Source of the DNA: Selaginella moellendorffii
Lineage: Eukaryota; Plantae; Lycopodiophyta
Assembly (NCBI RefSeq): GCF_000143415.4
Contig: NW_003314405.1
Coordinates: 20,282-84,281, forward strand
Reading direction: 5' to 3'
Length of the DNA stretch: 64,000 nt
Shown: one piece after another, positions 36,122 through 50,300 of the stretch
How the letters are laid out: each line of letters begins with the position of its first letter
Numbering within the stretch: the stretch's first letter is position 1
Made by a program: the position numbers and the translations under genes
The notes under the pieces: generated by a model
What the model was told of the DNA's origin: nothing
The model's input: only the letters and a program-made list of their open reading frames with translations
Databases searched by the model: none

Positions 36122-39027
36122 ATGGAACGCCTTCTCAAGATGGCTCGAGCATCCGGTTCTCTCGACCTCTCCAACAGGAATCTGAGGTACGCGCATTCAA
36201 TCCTTTACTTGCGACACTAACTGGTAATGTGGGTGATTCCAGGGAAGTGCCTCCGCAAGTCTACAAGCTCCTGGAGTGTGTTGGGCAGGATGAAAAGTGG
36301 TGGGAGGTATGGTTCCGCATTGGACTTTTTATAAACGGTTTTGCTGGTTTGTCTTCTCAAGCTTGTAGATCTTCACAGGCTTGTTCTTGCTCACAACAAG
36401 ATCAAGCTTCTTTCCCAGGAGCTCGGGAATCTCGTCTCTGTCGTGGTCCTCAACATCAGCTACAATGAACTGGAATCTCTTCCTGAAAGCATTGGCATGT
36501 AAGAGTTTTAGTGGCTTGACTTTTCTCGTCTGCTGATTCTTTCTTCTCAGGCTGACTTCATTGAAGACGCTCGATGTTTCTCACAATGCGATTTTGGAAC
36601 TTCCGGTGGAGATTGGAAATCTAGCATCTCTCGTGAAGTAAGCTACAGAAATACGAACACGATTGACACGAATCGTGTGGGTCCTTATTTTATTTGTTTT
36701 TTGGCAGGTTTCTCGCGTCCAACAACCAAATTAAGGAGCTTCCTTCCACGATTGGACTGTGTGTTGATCTTGCAGAGCTAAAGGTGAAGATGTGAAAATT
36801 TTGTGCTTTTTTCTAGCGCGAGTGTTTGTTTCCAGTTGTCCAACAATGGCCTCACATTTCTGCCAGATCAACTGGCTTCCTGTTCTCGACTGATTAGCCT
36901 CAGTATCGAGGTAAAAGTGATTTTTTCTTACTTTTCTACTTTCTCGTTGAATCCGGTGATCCCACTTTTGTGACTTGCTTGTAGGGAAACAAAATCACCG
37001 GTTTTCCTTCAAGCTTGTTCCACTCGCTCGGTAATCTGACTGAGCTTAATGCAGGTACATTCTTCCGCCCGTTTCGGCATCATCTTATTTCTAGTGGAAA
37101 TAAACTGCAGGAAAGAATGCTATAACTGAGCTACCAGAAGAAATTGGTAATCTCACTCGACTTCTACGTCTCGACTTACATCAGAATAGTATGTGCTCTA
37201 TTTTCAAATGTGATTAGCTTACTGACAAAATTCCGCATAGAGATCAAGTCGATACCATCTTCTTTGGTAAATTGCAGTATGCTGGTGGAGGCGTATTTTG
37301 GGTATGTACCTTTCTTTACATGTGTCTAAAAAGTATATATACATTTTATTGTTGTTCAGAGATAACTTGCTTTCTTCTCTTCCAAACGAGATTGGGAACC
37401 TCCAGTCATTGCTCACATTTGATCTGCATGGTAATCAGGTGATGTTTCCAGTCCTGGCTCCTTGTGTGATGTTTCCACTAAACATTGTCTCTCAGCTCTC
37501 TGAGTTCCCAGTTTCTGCTTGTTCCATGCGGCTTTCTGTGCTCGACCTTTCTAACAACAATCTAAGCGGATTGCCTCCTGAGCTCGGTTAGTAAAAGCTG
37601 AAGTTCCTGATTGCGTTTTTGACACTTCGGTTCCTACAGGCTTCATGGGATCGTTGAGAAAGCTTGTGCTTACAGGAAATCCCTTGCGAACGTTAAGAAC
37701 GTAAGATCTTTGACCTATGCCAAAGTACTGATTGCACTTTCTTTTTAATGAGTGCAGTTCCTTGGTTACTGGAAGTACTCCTGCTCTACTTAAGTACTTG
37801 CGTGATCGTTCCACAGCTGAAGATGGTAATTTATGAGGCTGGAACAAGACTTTTCAACTCTAGCTTTTGATTTGCAGAATCAAAACCAGAAGCTGCCTCG
37901 TCAGGCAATATATTTGGCATGAACATCCAGGAGCAGGTTGTCCAAGCAGCACGAGCGGCAGTTTCTTCAAAAGTGTGGTACCAAACTCTTTCCAATTAAT
38001 ACTTTCAAAGACAACAGACTGAACTTTATTTCAGGCCTTGTCTCTTTCCGACAAAAATTTGGACCATGTTCCTCCTGCAGTGTGGGAGTCATGCGACCTT
38101 GTCCAACTTGATCTTGCTAAGAACTGCATCCAAGAGCTGCCGCCAGAAATGTCGATGTGCACTTCGATGGAGGTAATCAGCATTTCGAGAAAGCAGTTTC
38201 TTGTCTCACCAAGTTATCGCGTCACAGGCTCTCATTCTTGCAGACAATAAGATCCAAGAGTGGCCAGGAAGCGTTTTCGCCTCTCTACCAAACCTCAAGC
38301 ATCTAAATCTTGCTCGAAATCCTATAGTTGCAGTACGGGGTTTTCAAACAAGCTCCAACTTTCTGTATTAACCTGCGTGTGTTTAGCTTCCACCAGGTGC
38401 ATTCTCGGCCGTGTCCAATCTACAACTCCTGGATTTAAGTGGCGTGGTTGCACAGCTTCCACCACCTCCGTGCTTGTCTCTAATGACTGGCCTCCAAGAA
38501 CTGCGACTGATGTGAGTAAACGTATACATGCTCTTAGAATCTCTCTAAAACTAACTTTGGCGTCTGCACAGGAGAACTCAAATGGCAGCCATCCCTTGGG
38601 ATTTGCCCCGGATGTCTAGCTTACGAATTTTGGACTTGAGCCAGAACAATATTAGCGTGCTACCTCAGGCAAGTCTCTTAAGTTCTTTTATGTTTTGCGT
38701 GCTATTGCTTGATGCAGGAATTCGGTGAGATGAGTACGCTCGAAGAACTGGACTTGACGGACAACAACCTGTCTACTCTTCCTCCTCAACTGGTATGCTT
38801 TTCCCGCAAAGTTCTCTTTTTCTTTGCTTCTCATTGTCCGGGTCATCAGGGATATCTGGAACCCACATTACGCAAGCTTAAAGTGGACGGGAATCCATTG
38901 AGAAGGTAGCTCTCGCGATACAGAGGCTTTTTAGTGATCTTGGATTCCTTGCAGCATTCGGCGAGGCATCCTCGAGCGCGGAACAAAAGAGTTGCTTCAA
39001 TACCTCCACGGCAAGCTCCCTCAATGA
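36122..39027 (+). CDS. LRRC40-like (plant intracellular LRR) protein, many short exons
   Basis: [34 protein letters not shown] start. Repeated LxxLxLxxNxLxxLP. Internal LTGNPLRT and terminal [29 protein letters not shown]. Confidence 0.9.
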
Positions 39028-39561
39028 TAGAGGTAGTGTGATTCTTATTATAAAGGTTGGATAGATTAATGGTTTTCTAGCTATGCTTGGCTTGGTTGGT
39101 ATGCTTGCGATGTTTCCTTGTGGTTCCCATAGTCCGGATCAACAGGGATCACAAGCTTTATTCTTTCGAGAAGAAGGTAAGCTACCGAGATTTTGATGGC
39201 GAACTTTGGAGCTGCTCCAAAGTCAGTGGCCACTTTCGTCGCCTCGTGGGTGTGTACTTCCATCGCGATTTTAGCGAAAAGCAGTCAAAGATTTGACAAA
39301 GTTAAGCCTGGTTCTTCCAAGAACAATAAAAATATGATTCATCTTTCTCGTGTATTTTTTAAAGTCAGCTACTGAGATTGTGATTGCGATTATATATCCA
39401 TCGTGATCTTTGATTCCCATGATGTCACAAAAACAAAAACTATATGCAGCTTTACATTAATTTATATCGAAGATTTTTGTCTCAAGAGAAAGCTTTACAT
39501 TTTTCATACACTTTTAACTCCATATCGATGTACAAAAAGAAAGTTTTAATAGATTTTTTCT

Positions 39562-42133
39562 TCACGAGACTTCGAGGCAAAATGATATTTGTTCGCGTTG
39601 TTTACGAGACTTTTCGAGGCCGTAGCGTTGGGATCCAAATCCTAAGGCTGCTGAACGTCCGAACTAGACCAAGGTGACAATCTTTGATTGGATTTTTAAA
39701 CAGATACCAAGAAAAAAAGGAAAAAAGAATGAAATGAAATGGTTTTCATTTCCATACCTCTTCGTTGCAGGATTTGAGCTGCGAGGATTTGGTGACCCTA
39801 GCCACCGTTTTCATCTTGCGATTGCTGAAGACTTCCACCTCGGCCAGGAACGCGGACTTGACAGGCCTGTGATCTGAGAACTGGTGCTCGGCTCGAGCGT
39901 AGCTAATTTGCTTGAGGCCGCGGCCGCGATACAGTATCCTGTCACACCTGTGCGTTCCACAACTTAGATCCAAAAGCTTGAATCATCTACCAAGATCACA
40001 CTGACCAGGATGGTGTTCGACGCTTCTCTCCGGGTTTAGAGTTGACTCCAAAGTAGCAGTCCGTGTTCTTCACGTACTTGTAAGTGGGAGCAAAGTAGAT
40101 CCCTCCTTCTTGCCAGCCATCGAAGACACGACCGGCAGTTTGCTCCATCTTAAGCTGGAAAAGATGGAAGAACACTCAATCAGCAGAGAACACTCGCAAG
40201 GAGAAAGAAGAAAGAAAGAGAAAAGATGACAGAAAACGTTACCTGGTCTCTAGCGAGCAATCTTTGCCAGTCACCTCTCGCAACCAAAGCTCGCGTCTCG
40301 GAATCACTGAGCGCAAGACGATAGTTCAAGTCGCCCAGCCAAACCACACGACTGTGCCGAAGAAAAACGAAACTTTAGAGCTCTCAAAGAACACAAAAAC
40401 TCTATGAAGCTTACTCGTGCTGGAGGATTGTCTCGGGAAGATCCGAGCTAGACGAGCCGGCCTTGCTGGATCGATTAAACGCCGTCCGCCGGAGAATCTC
40501 GGCAACGTCGCCATTTCGTCGTAGCTCGTCACCTTCCCTGTCACCCGACGTCAAATGCGTGCAAACGAAGCAAAAGCTCGTCTGGTGGAGCAACATACTG
40601 ACAGCAACGGAGCCCTGAGAAGAGAAGAAAATACCCGCAAGATCAAGAACAAAAAATCCAAAAGATGATCAGGAACAAAAAAAGAAGAACTTGGAAACGC
40701 TTACTTTGTTTCCACAGTATCCCATGAGTCCACAGCCAACGCAGCAAACTTTGAGTCCGTGGACGTGCCTGCGAAGGTTCTTGCGGATCCAGATGCTGAC
40801 ATACACTCCCACCATTTGCTTGCTCACGATCCGGACGTAGTTCTCCGAGTTTCCGGGAGAAGCCATCGTCGTGTTGTCCGAGAGACAAGCCGAGATGGTC
40901 GGGGAGATCGCGTCGTGGCTTGGACACGGCAAATCCACAAACTTGATGAGTGTGGCGTCGGAGCTAGAGCGCGGGATACTCGGTGTCCAGGTGTTGAGAA
41001 AGTTATGGTCCGAGGCACTCCGGCTCCTCCGGTGGAATCCTCCTCCTCCTCCTCCTCGAGTTGAAAGTTTGCTCTTTTGTCTTCCATCGGAGTCTCCGGA
41101 AGAAGACGAGGAGGAAATAGTTGGCGATGCACCGCACTGGCGAGATTGTTCTTCCGATGACGACGACGATGATGAGAGCAGCGAGGAGAAAGTTTCGATG
41201 GTGTCGTCGCCGGGATGAACAGCGGCTGGAGAGGCTGGACAGCTCTTTGTTCTTCGCCGATCGCCATTGAGTGTCTTGCGGATGAGCGACTCCCACTTTG
41301 CCACGGGGCTGTTGTCGGCGGCTACCAGGACGTTGCCGGCATTCAAAGGAACGACCTCTTGAAATCTACCAGAGCAGAAAACTCTTGAGTTCTAAAGATC
41401 GAAAGAACTCGAGAGAGAGTTTGGCTTACCCGATCACGTACATATCCACGGGTTGATCGACGTCCAGCCACTTTCGAAGATCTAAGTCGGGGTTTGGAGA
41501 CTTCCCAGCTACATTCCAGCTCCCAACATGTATCCTGGACAAAGAATTCGCGACTGGTAAGCAAGAGCTTCTCACAAAATCGAATTTGGAGAGACATACC
41601 GGTAGTCGAGAGTGTCGACAAGCTGCGTCCACAGCGTCTCGGACTGTCCTCGCGCAAGAGCCACAGTTGGAGACGGTGTTTGCTTCGGTCGATCTGAAAG
41701 AAAAAACAAGAAGTACTAAAAAGATCCATATCTAAGTTGCGGAAAAACAGATTTTTCTCGAGACCTGTCGTTGGATACAGCGGGGGCAAACTTCGCGTTC
41801 GATTTGCAGGCTTGAGCTCCACCTCGTGCTCACTCGAATCTGCGGAAGAACACGAGCAAAAGTTTATGGAAAGCTTAGCATTATCAAAGTTTTGAAAGAA
41901 TACCGGACGACAAGGTGCCATCGCCGCTGCTTTCCATGTCGTCGTCGTCGTCGTCTTCGTCGTGATCGTCCGCATTGAACGCGTCCGACGCGGGCTTCAA
42001 CTTGAGCAGCTTGCGAAGAACTTGTCGGGGCCAGAAAAACTGCGAAGAAAGAAAAAGAAATATTTGATCTTTTAAATCTCTCTCGCAAGGAAGAAAAAAT
42101 TCTCAAACTCGCTTACCTCCGGACCCTTCGCAT
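39562..42133 (-). CDS. Type I inositol polyphosphate 5-phosphatase, multi-exon (last exon uncertain)
   Basis: [96 protein letters not shown]. Confidence 0.9.
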
Positions 42134-44113
42134 TTGTTCTTTGAGCCATTTTTTTTTCTTCCAAAAGTCGTGAGCTTCTTCTACCGAAAAAACGACCCAA
42201 TTTTCCCCATTTTTCCTCTTTTCGTTTCTTTCTCACGCTACCTAGACACTAAAAAACCAATTTTTTTCCTTCTCCCTGAAACGATCGAGATTCCCTGCGA
42301 CGAAATCGCTCCAAACTCCGTGTCGATCGAGTGGGATTCTTTAAGGCAGCGAAGCAAGCCGACCACCAAGACACGAAGGAAAAAAAAGAAGCAGAGGAGG
42401 AAATGAGAGAGAGGGGACGAGAAAGAAATAGTTGGGCGTGTGTGTGTCGCTAGCGATGATCTTGCTAGTAAAAAAGAGGGAGGAGCAAAGGAAACAATGC
42501 AAGTATCGAGCAATGCCGGCTTGGAATCTGATTTGCTGATCTCGCTCGCCGCCGTGCCACAAGAACCCAAATACCAACGTCACGCTTGGAGCTCCTCCAC
42601 AATCGAGCCACAAATCCATTCCTTTCGTCCATCCTATTTGCTGTAAGCTACATGCTAGGATCTTTGGCTTGTAACTAAACAGCTCTAGCTCTCTCTCTCT
42701 CTCCCTCTCTCCCTCTCCTCTCGCGCTTACTGCTAGAGAAGATCGATCAGAAAAATTGGAGAAAACCCAAGATGGGTCCCTGGCTATGATCTAAGCATGG
42801 TGGCATCAATCACAGATTGGAGAGATCCTGTGTAGTGGGCTCTGGGGCTCTGGATTGAGAGCGAGTCAAATTTTTTTCCTTGCCACTATGCTATGGTGGA
42901 AATGGATGAACTACAAGGTCTTAAGATAGATCAGAGAATCAAGTAAAAAGGGCCAAATTTTTCGCCTTTAAGATAACAAGAAATGGCTTTGAATAGTCCT
43001 AAATAGTCTGCGCAGATATGTACAAATACCTACCAATTGGAGTGTATAATTTGACTCGTATCGATACAGTAGCACACAAACATTCTAGGAGAGAGGAAGA
43101 GTTTGTTGGCTTGCAAAAAATATCGGCGACTTTGTTAGAGTTTTCTACGCTTTTTAATATGCCCCAATGTTGTCGTTGTAACAAAAGAATCAAGGTATCG
43201 ATGATCGAGGTTTTTGCATGGTTTTTATAATGTTTGCTATCATCATCAACACGAATGGGCCTGGCGATCGTCCAATTAGTTAAAAGCTAGTGCGGCTAGA
43301 TTAATTAATTTTAATTCATTTAGTCGAGGAGCATTAACCACATGGATCGATCAATCAATCAATCAATTCGAACCTTTACAACCTTTACACAATTAAAATT
43401 TCAAATTTGCAGCTACTTATATTCCTCTAGAACCGGAGAATGACGCCCAATGATACCAAAGCAAGCTAGCTTGCCACGCGGCAATTGCCCAGTGGGGCAC
43501 GTGGCAAGCCACTACGTCACCACCTAAAAAGCTTCCAGCTTTTACAAATACCAAGTGGCGAGAGTAAAAACTTTCAAGGGGACCACAAAATGCTTTGTAA
43601 GTTGTTCTTTGTTTTTCGTTGGGTGTTCTTCCCTTTTTTCTTCACGCTCGTTCAAATCCTTGGGTGGAATATCGCGTCTCGTAGCATAAAATCTCGCCTC
43701 GCTTGGAATGTGTGCGAGCAAAGAGTTGGAATCTATCCACTTAAACAGGCGCAAAAGCTCTCCGAGTGAAGCGAGGGGGCAATTCACTGTCTTGCTCGGG
43801 GGATTTCTCGCGGCATACGCAATGCAACTGGCGACAGTGGTCCTGAGGCGAAGAAAAAAATATAAAAAGTGTGCATGAGAAAAAAAAAAAGGAGAGGAGG
43901 AAAGCTAAGCTACCTTTTATGTGGCGTCCAGGCCGTCCCGGGTTTGCAAACTTTGCTGGAAGTCAGGCCGTAGCCACATGACTGCATTGTAAGTCCACCA
44001 AAGTGAGAAGTCAATCATTCTCGGAGCCAAGAAGAAACAAAGTCAAGAAACTCGAGAGAAAAATGAAAACCAGCTATGAAACTCAAGCGAGAGGAGTGAA
44101 AAACAAGCTATGA

Positions 44114-44116
<3 letters not shown>

Positions 44117-44147
<31 letters not shown>
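44117..44147. repeat. (GA)n microsatellite
   Basis: Run of gagagaga. (CT)n runs also occur at ~2568-2588, ~22276-22299 and ~42689-42722. Confidence 0.9.
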
Positions 44148-44149
<2 letters not shown>

Positions 44150-44199
44150 GAGAACCAACTAAGAATCTTCAAACAAAGTCGAAACTAGAGTGAGAATTT

Positions 44200-45895
44200 C
44201 GAAACGTACCTGGGACGTTCCCACAAACTTTCAAACTTACCACGAATCGTCCACAGCTCTGAGAGAAACTTAGCCTCCTGCAAAGTCAAAAGGGCCGATC
44301 ACCATCAAACACAAGGACAACGAATGAAAACCTTTCAGGAAACGCTGGCGTGACCATCAGATTCGTTCGTCAGTTTCCACCTTGGGCTTCTTCGCCCAGC
44401 TTTCTCGCAGTCTCGGCCAGAAACTTCCTTTCGTCAATGGTTCGTCCTCCTCGTCTTCCCTCCTGCAACCGACACGAACAAAGCTTTAGTTCCGTAAGTT
44501 TTGTATGTTCGCCTTGAGCACCTTCTTAAATGCGTACTGCAGCATCTAGAACAGCGCGCACAGCAATCTTTTCCGGTGTCCTGTTTGTTGGCCGAGCGAT
44601 CGACAGGTTTCTGCAAAAGCACATAACTGCATCAAACATGCGTGAGGAAAAGAGAAGCGTTAAAGCCCGATCTGATCACTGGTCTTAATGCTCTACCTCC
44701 GAGCTTAGGATCAGTGTCGCTGTCTGCCAGCCTTGTCGACATGGCTTTCGGCCCACCGCAGGAAGGCACGCCCGAGTCTGACAAAACTTGTTCCATCAAC
44801 GTAGCAAGATGGAATGACAAGAATGAGAGGCTTCGCCAATGAGATGTTGAAAACTCGAAAGCTCTGCTATCCGTCCGAATGCCGCTTCTGCGAATCGACA
44901 CACCAGCATCTTCACTGCTGCAGCCCCTTTCTCAAAAGACACGTACCCCGGAAGAATGCAGCACGAGACGAGAGAAATATCTCCGAGCTCGTCAGTACAC
45001 TTTCCACGGCCTGAAAACTATGGCACCGCTCGATACTCTTCACACCATCGCTGGTTTCTGCGCTTTAGAAAAGTGAGATACTGAATGAAAAGTCTACACC
45101 TCGGTCTTCCTTTCGGCCTGCTTCTGTGCGAAGTCCCAAAACCACGAAAATGCAGCCACTGACGAGATGCCAAGGCTCCACTGCCAATGCGTCACACGGA
45201 GAGGACTAAGAGACACGTATGTGAGCCGTGCCGTGGTAACCTGCGATTCAGGAGGAGAGTTCGTGCATGGGACATGTACAACAAACCGCGTCCTCTTCTC
45301 CTGTCTCGGCAAACCATATGTCCGGCTCCTGAGAAAAGCTTGTTTGCTCGTTAGAAGGATGACTAGATAATGAAGGCACACGGTAACAGATCTCAAAAAG
45401 AGCTCCGAGCTGCTCTGAGACGCTTTATACATTGCTGCTGGCTTGGAACGTTGAAATGGAATAAAGATATTGCTCACTCAAGTTCACCATAACATGGAAA
45501 GATGACAGATTTGTTCTCAGATTTGGAAAAACTGCCAAGACAAGAAAAGAAACATGAGAACATGAGAAAGAAAAGGTCCAAATAGCTAGCATTGTTTACA
45601 TGATTTGAAGAAGCAAGCACCGTGACAAGAAGCGATGCTCCTGCTGTCCCTCAAGCATCCTTATTCTTGTCTTCGTGTTGTCAGCACCAGGAGTTCCCTG
45701 TTGTCTTGCACAATATTTTAGAGCATGAATACACAAGAACAAGTTTCTACAGGAAACATCATCAGCCCAAGTTAGAGAGGGGAGAATTTGATTGTCCAGT
45801 GTCCCGGCATTTAAAAACAAACGCTGAGAGAAACATCAACATGGGAATGCTGTACCTTTTGTCTACCAAACAACAGATGATATCCCTGGCTTGAA
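44200..45895 (-). pseudogene. Old, heavily deleted tandem paralogue of the importin-beta gene (3' two-thirds)
   Basis: Diverged co-linear matches: 44852 aactcgaaagctctgctatccgtccgaatgccgc vs 48200; 44619 gcacataactgcatcaa vs 47930; 45638 ctcctgctgtccc..agcatcctt vs 49837; 45851 tgtaccttttg vs 50210. No continuous ORF. Confidence 0.75.
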
Positions 45896-47320
45896 AAAAC
45901 TTATTTGGAATGATTTTTGAGTCTAAAATACAGAACTAAAGGATATTCTTATTTATTTTAATTGTGAATAATATTTTTTATTTTGCTTTCATTAAAAATA
46001 AAATATCCACAGGTGTTCGGTATACTATTATTAAACCATTGGATTGGCTTGTAAGCTAGGGCTGATGAAATATGTTTATTTTATAATCTTACCTAATTAG
46101 TGTTTGCTATTAATTTATCTAACTTATCAGTAATAGAAATTGAGTTTATATATAATAGAAAATTGCCAAATATTGGCAAATAGCTTATCAACTACCACTA
46201 TGGTAAAATCCAGGATTAGTATATGATAAATGTGAATATATTATAAGACTGTTCCCTCTGGATCTTTAAAACATGTAGAGTTAAATATAAAGTAGTTACT
46301 ATTATTTTTCCATTGCGATAAATAAGATAGATGTATACTAACTCAACATCCAATTTTTATTTATTTTATATCAATTAGAATTATTTATTATTTAAAGATA
46401 AACAACTGTTTATTTTTAGAGTGATATTTTTAAACGTATAACTCTAAATAAACACAAAAATGGTAAATTATTTCTTGTGGATAACCACCCTTCTTGATTT
46501 CAAAAGCTCATATTAATGCTAATCAAAGTTGTATAAATAATAATTGAGAAATAGAAATGAGATTACTAGGTCTCAAGAAATGTAAACGTTTTTATTTATT
46601 ATTGTAGTAAGAAATTCATTCATAAAATATTTTGTTAACATTCAATGTTTGAAAGCAATGCAATTTATGAAACCTCTAGATATAGCTAGTCCTCATAGGC
46701 CTTTACTGGATGTTTTTGTCTTTATACAAGTAGCAATTCAGTGATCTTTAGCAAAGAGGATTGCCGATGAAACAAAGAAGTCTGTGAGAGAAACCAAGGA
46801 TGAGGTGACAGACAAAGCAAACTTTTAGCCTGTAAGAATAGAATTACTCCAAATTTTATTTTACTATAATTCCAACCTCATAGATCTGGAATCTTTGAGT
46901 TATCTTATCTTGGGTATAAAAAGTAGAAAGGTAGCATCTTCCATACTTTCTGAAAATGGTTTATATGTGCATGGGAGAGCTTACAATTAAGTATGGTTAT
47001 TTTACATTAACGTTTTGGTTTGTTTTAATTTTGAATTTTAAGACGATTTCCCACAACCAAGGAAGAGAGTCCCACCAAAAAGACACACTCAAATAGTCAG
47101 CCATCAATGTAGGAAGGCCACACTTTCTGTGCTTGAGATTTCTGGAAAAGAAAAGAACAAAGAAATAGACAAACAGGGAGTTTACACGCAACCTCTTGTG
47201 TATCCTATTTCAATGGCGATCAGATACCTAGTGACGAGAAGGACTGCAATGAACACAAGTCATTCATTCTTAAAAATGAGAAAGACGTGAGATACTTACG
47301 GCTATCCCGTTTCGCTGCAC

Positions 47321-50300
47321 CTAGTGAGCGGGGAACAAGCAGCTTAAATGCGGGAACGCTTGCACAAACTTGCAAACCAGGTCGGGATCAAGAGCCTGTT
47401 CCATCACAAGTCCTCCACGGCTTTGGATGCACAAGGCCAGGGACTTCTCCGCATCCGCCAATGCCAAAACTCCTGCAAAGTCAAAGCCGCTCAGGATCAC
47501 CAAGAATGGATCTTTTGATGACACGCACCTAGCTCGATGTCTTGACCGTCTTCTTCCGTTCCACCTTCGGCATCTTCTATAGCTTCTTCCTCCAGCTCTC
47601 GCGCAGTCTCGGCATAGCGTTCCAGAAACTCGTCCTCTGTTTCCTCGCGCTCCTCCTCTTCGTCTTCCTCGTCGCTCACCTCCTAACGAAAGCGAACCGA
47701 CAGATTTGAGTTACGTAGAGAACATTAAGTTTAGGTTCATCACCTCCGAGTACTCTTCTGAGTTGTCATTGGTATCGTCGTCTTCGTTACCGTCTTCCTC
47801 GCCTTCTGCTTTATTCGTCTGTTGAGCTTCTTTAAGGCGTACCGCAGCATCTAGTAGTGACACAAGGCACTTGCCGGCGATCTTCTCCGTTGTCCCGTTG
47901 TTGGCCAAGCGATCGACAAGTTTCAGCAGGCACATAACTGCATCAACGTCAAGAAAATGTAAGGCCTAATATGATCAGTCGTTGATACCTACCTCCAAGC
48001 TTGAGCTCAGTTTCAAGAACAAGGCCAGGATCAGCGTCTTTATCTGCCAGTGTTGCCATAGCTTCGGCCCATTGCAGGAAAGGCTCTGTGACATCCTTCG
48101 TTTTTCCAGCCACTGACAAAACTTTCTCAACTGTGTCCGGCAGCCCGACGTAGCACGATGAAATGACAAGAATGAGAGGCTTTGCCAATGGGACGTTGAA
48201 ACTCGAAAGCTCTGTTAGCCGTCCGAATGCCGCCTCGGTGAATCGACATACCAACAGCTTCACTGCAGCCTCGCCCTCGAAAGACACCGACGTCGAATGT
48301 AGCAGAGTATGGGAAAGTCTGCAAGCCCGCCATGTAGCAGCAGCGTATGCAGATTCCATCCCCGAGCTTACGAAAGCAGCCATTCCTTCCAGAATGGAAC
48401 GAGGCGGCACTGGAGGGGCTGGAGGTAACGGCGTTTCTGCGACACAAAACTGCTGCAGTGGACATCTTGCCTGTCAAAGTTTAAAGGATTTTAGTACGCA
48501 ATTGAGAAAACAACGAGCAGTAGAGAGCTTTACGTTGAAAGCGATAATCTCCTCCATGGCATCAAAAACTGCCAAGTCTTCTTCTTCGTCCCACGCATTC
48601 CAATCAGCTATAGAATCGGCCCAGACTTGCACCAGGCGCTCAATCTTAAGCCTCGTCATATCGCTAGAATCCGATGTATGCTTGACGAGGCATCCGAGAA
48701 TTACCGACGCGTCATTTAAGCACGACGGAGGTGTCTTTCCTTGCTCCGCGTCATTCTGCATCGTACTTTTAAACGTAAGAACTATAACATCCCACGACCA
48801 AGTATACCTCGGGCGAACAGATCCACGCACGTTGCAAAAGCTGCGCAAACGTATTTCTTAACGTTATGCAGCCTTCTCTCCAGTTCTTTATAGGCTCCTC
48901 ATCGTTCTTACTGACACCTGGTTCTGCAGAGTCCCAACAATGCGCTAATGCAGCCATTGAAGAGAAGCCAAGCTCCACTACCTACACCACAAGTGGAAGC
49001 ATAAGAGACATTAAAAGCAATGAGGCTAACCTGTAAGTCAGGAGGAGCAGGGAGATGCCTCAGAAGTTCGTCTTTGATCGACACAACAAGGTACGGCACA
49101 TGTACAGCAGCATCCTCTTCTCCAGTCTCAACAGTAGTCGTCAGTAGCTGTAGCGCGTGCCTGGCATCATCGGCACCAGATTTGACAGAAGAAACGATCG
49201 CTTGCAGCAACGGAAACCATTTCACTGGCTTGTAATCCTCCTGAGAATATTTTTTTTCCTTGTTAAATTGACGATCACGATTTTTTTCGTAAAAGACCTC
49301 AAGAAGAGCTGCAAGAGCAGCAGCAGCAGACGCACGTGCAGGTCTCCAGGACACACCTCCAACATTCTCAGCCAGCATCGCGGATATCAGGGAGTCAAAC
49401 ACTGGCTGCTTCAGATCCTAATGAAACACAGAAGAGCTTAGTCAACGCCTTGAGTTGCTCAAACCTCAGGCAAGCAAGTTGCCAATTCCCCAAGTAGCCA
49501 GTTCGCATTTGCTAGCAGGAAAGGTGACGGAGGCGTCAAAGAATATATAGGAAAAACTCTTGAAAGGAGTATCATTTTCAGATACTCGGCCGACTGCGAC
49601 TTAAAAAACTGCCAAACGATAGGACAGACTAAGACAATCTGAGAGTAAGAGATAAGAAAGTCATACCTGCTGAAGGGCGCCATATGCGAGCAAAACTCCG
49701 AAGTAGCTGCAAAACAGTGATAGTCACAGTTTACTACCTCCTTTAGAACGTAGCGCGTACTACCTTACAGTTGATTCAAAACACGTGCCGTCAGTTGGTA
49801 GAGGATATCGAGACAGATATGGCATGACTAGTAATTCTCCTGCTGTCCCGCGAGCATCCTTGTTTTTCCCTTTCTTGCGTTTGTTTGGTGTCTTCCCAGC
49901 ACCAGCAGGTCCCTGCTTCTTTCACAGGCATATGTCAAAAATCCACAGGTCCCGCAAGAATACCTGCCTTTGACGTGGCAATAACCCCAAGAAGATTCAA
50001 AGCACTCCTCCTTGGTGTCAGTAAATCGTCCCTCCAACCACACGACTCGTCCTAAATATCACAAGTTACGGTATGAAAATTGACAGCCGAGAAGTTTTAC
50101 CAGGTCAGAGGGGAGATTTTTCCGCAAGTATTCATCTTCATCATCGTTCCAATCAGCAACGTCCTACAGGAATTTTTAAAGTAAACGGTGAGACAGATCA
50201 ACTTGCATTGTACCTTTTGGCTCAGCACCAGAGCCGAAACTATAGATTTCTCCAACAGAGAAGAAAATTGTGGGGACAAAAGTCGCCATCCCTGACAAAC

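Noticed and set aside
43468-43510. Inverted repeat gcttgccacg...cgtggcaagc with a G-box
   Set aside because: Short, with no associated gene start or element boundary evident.
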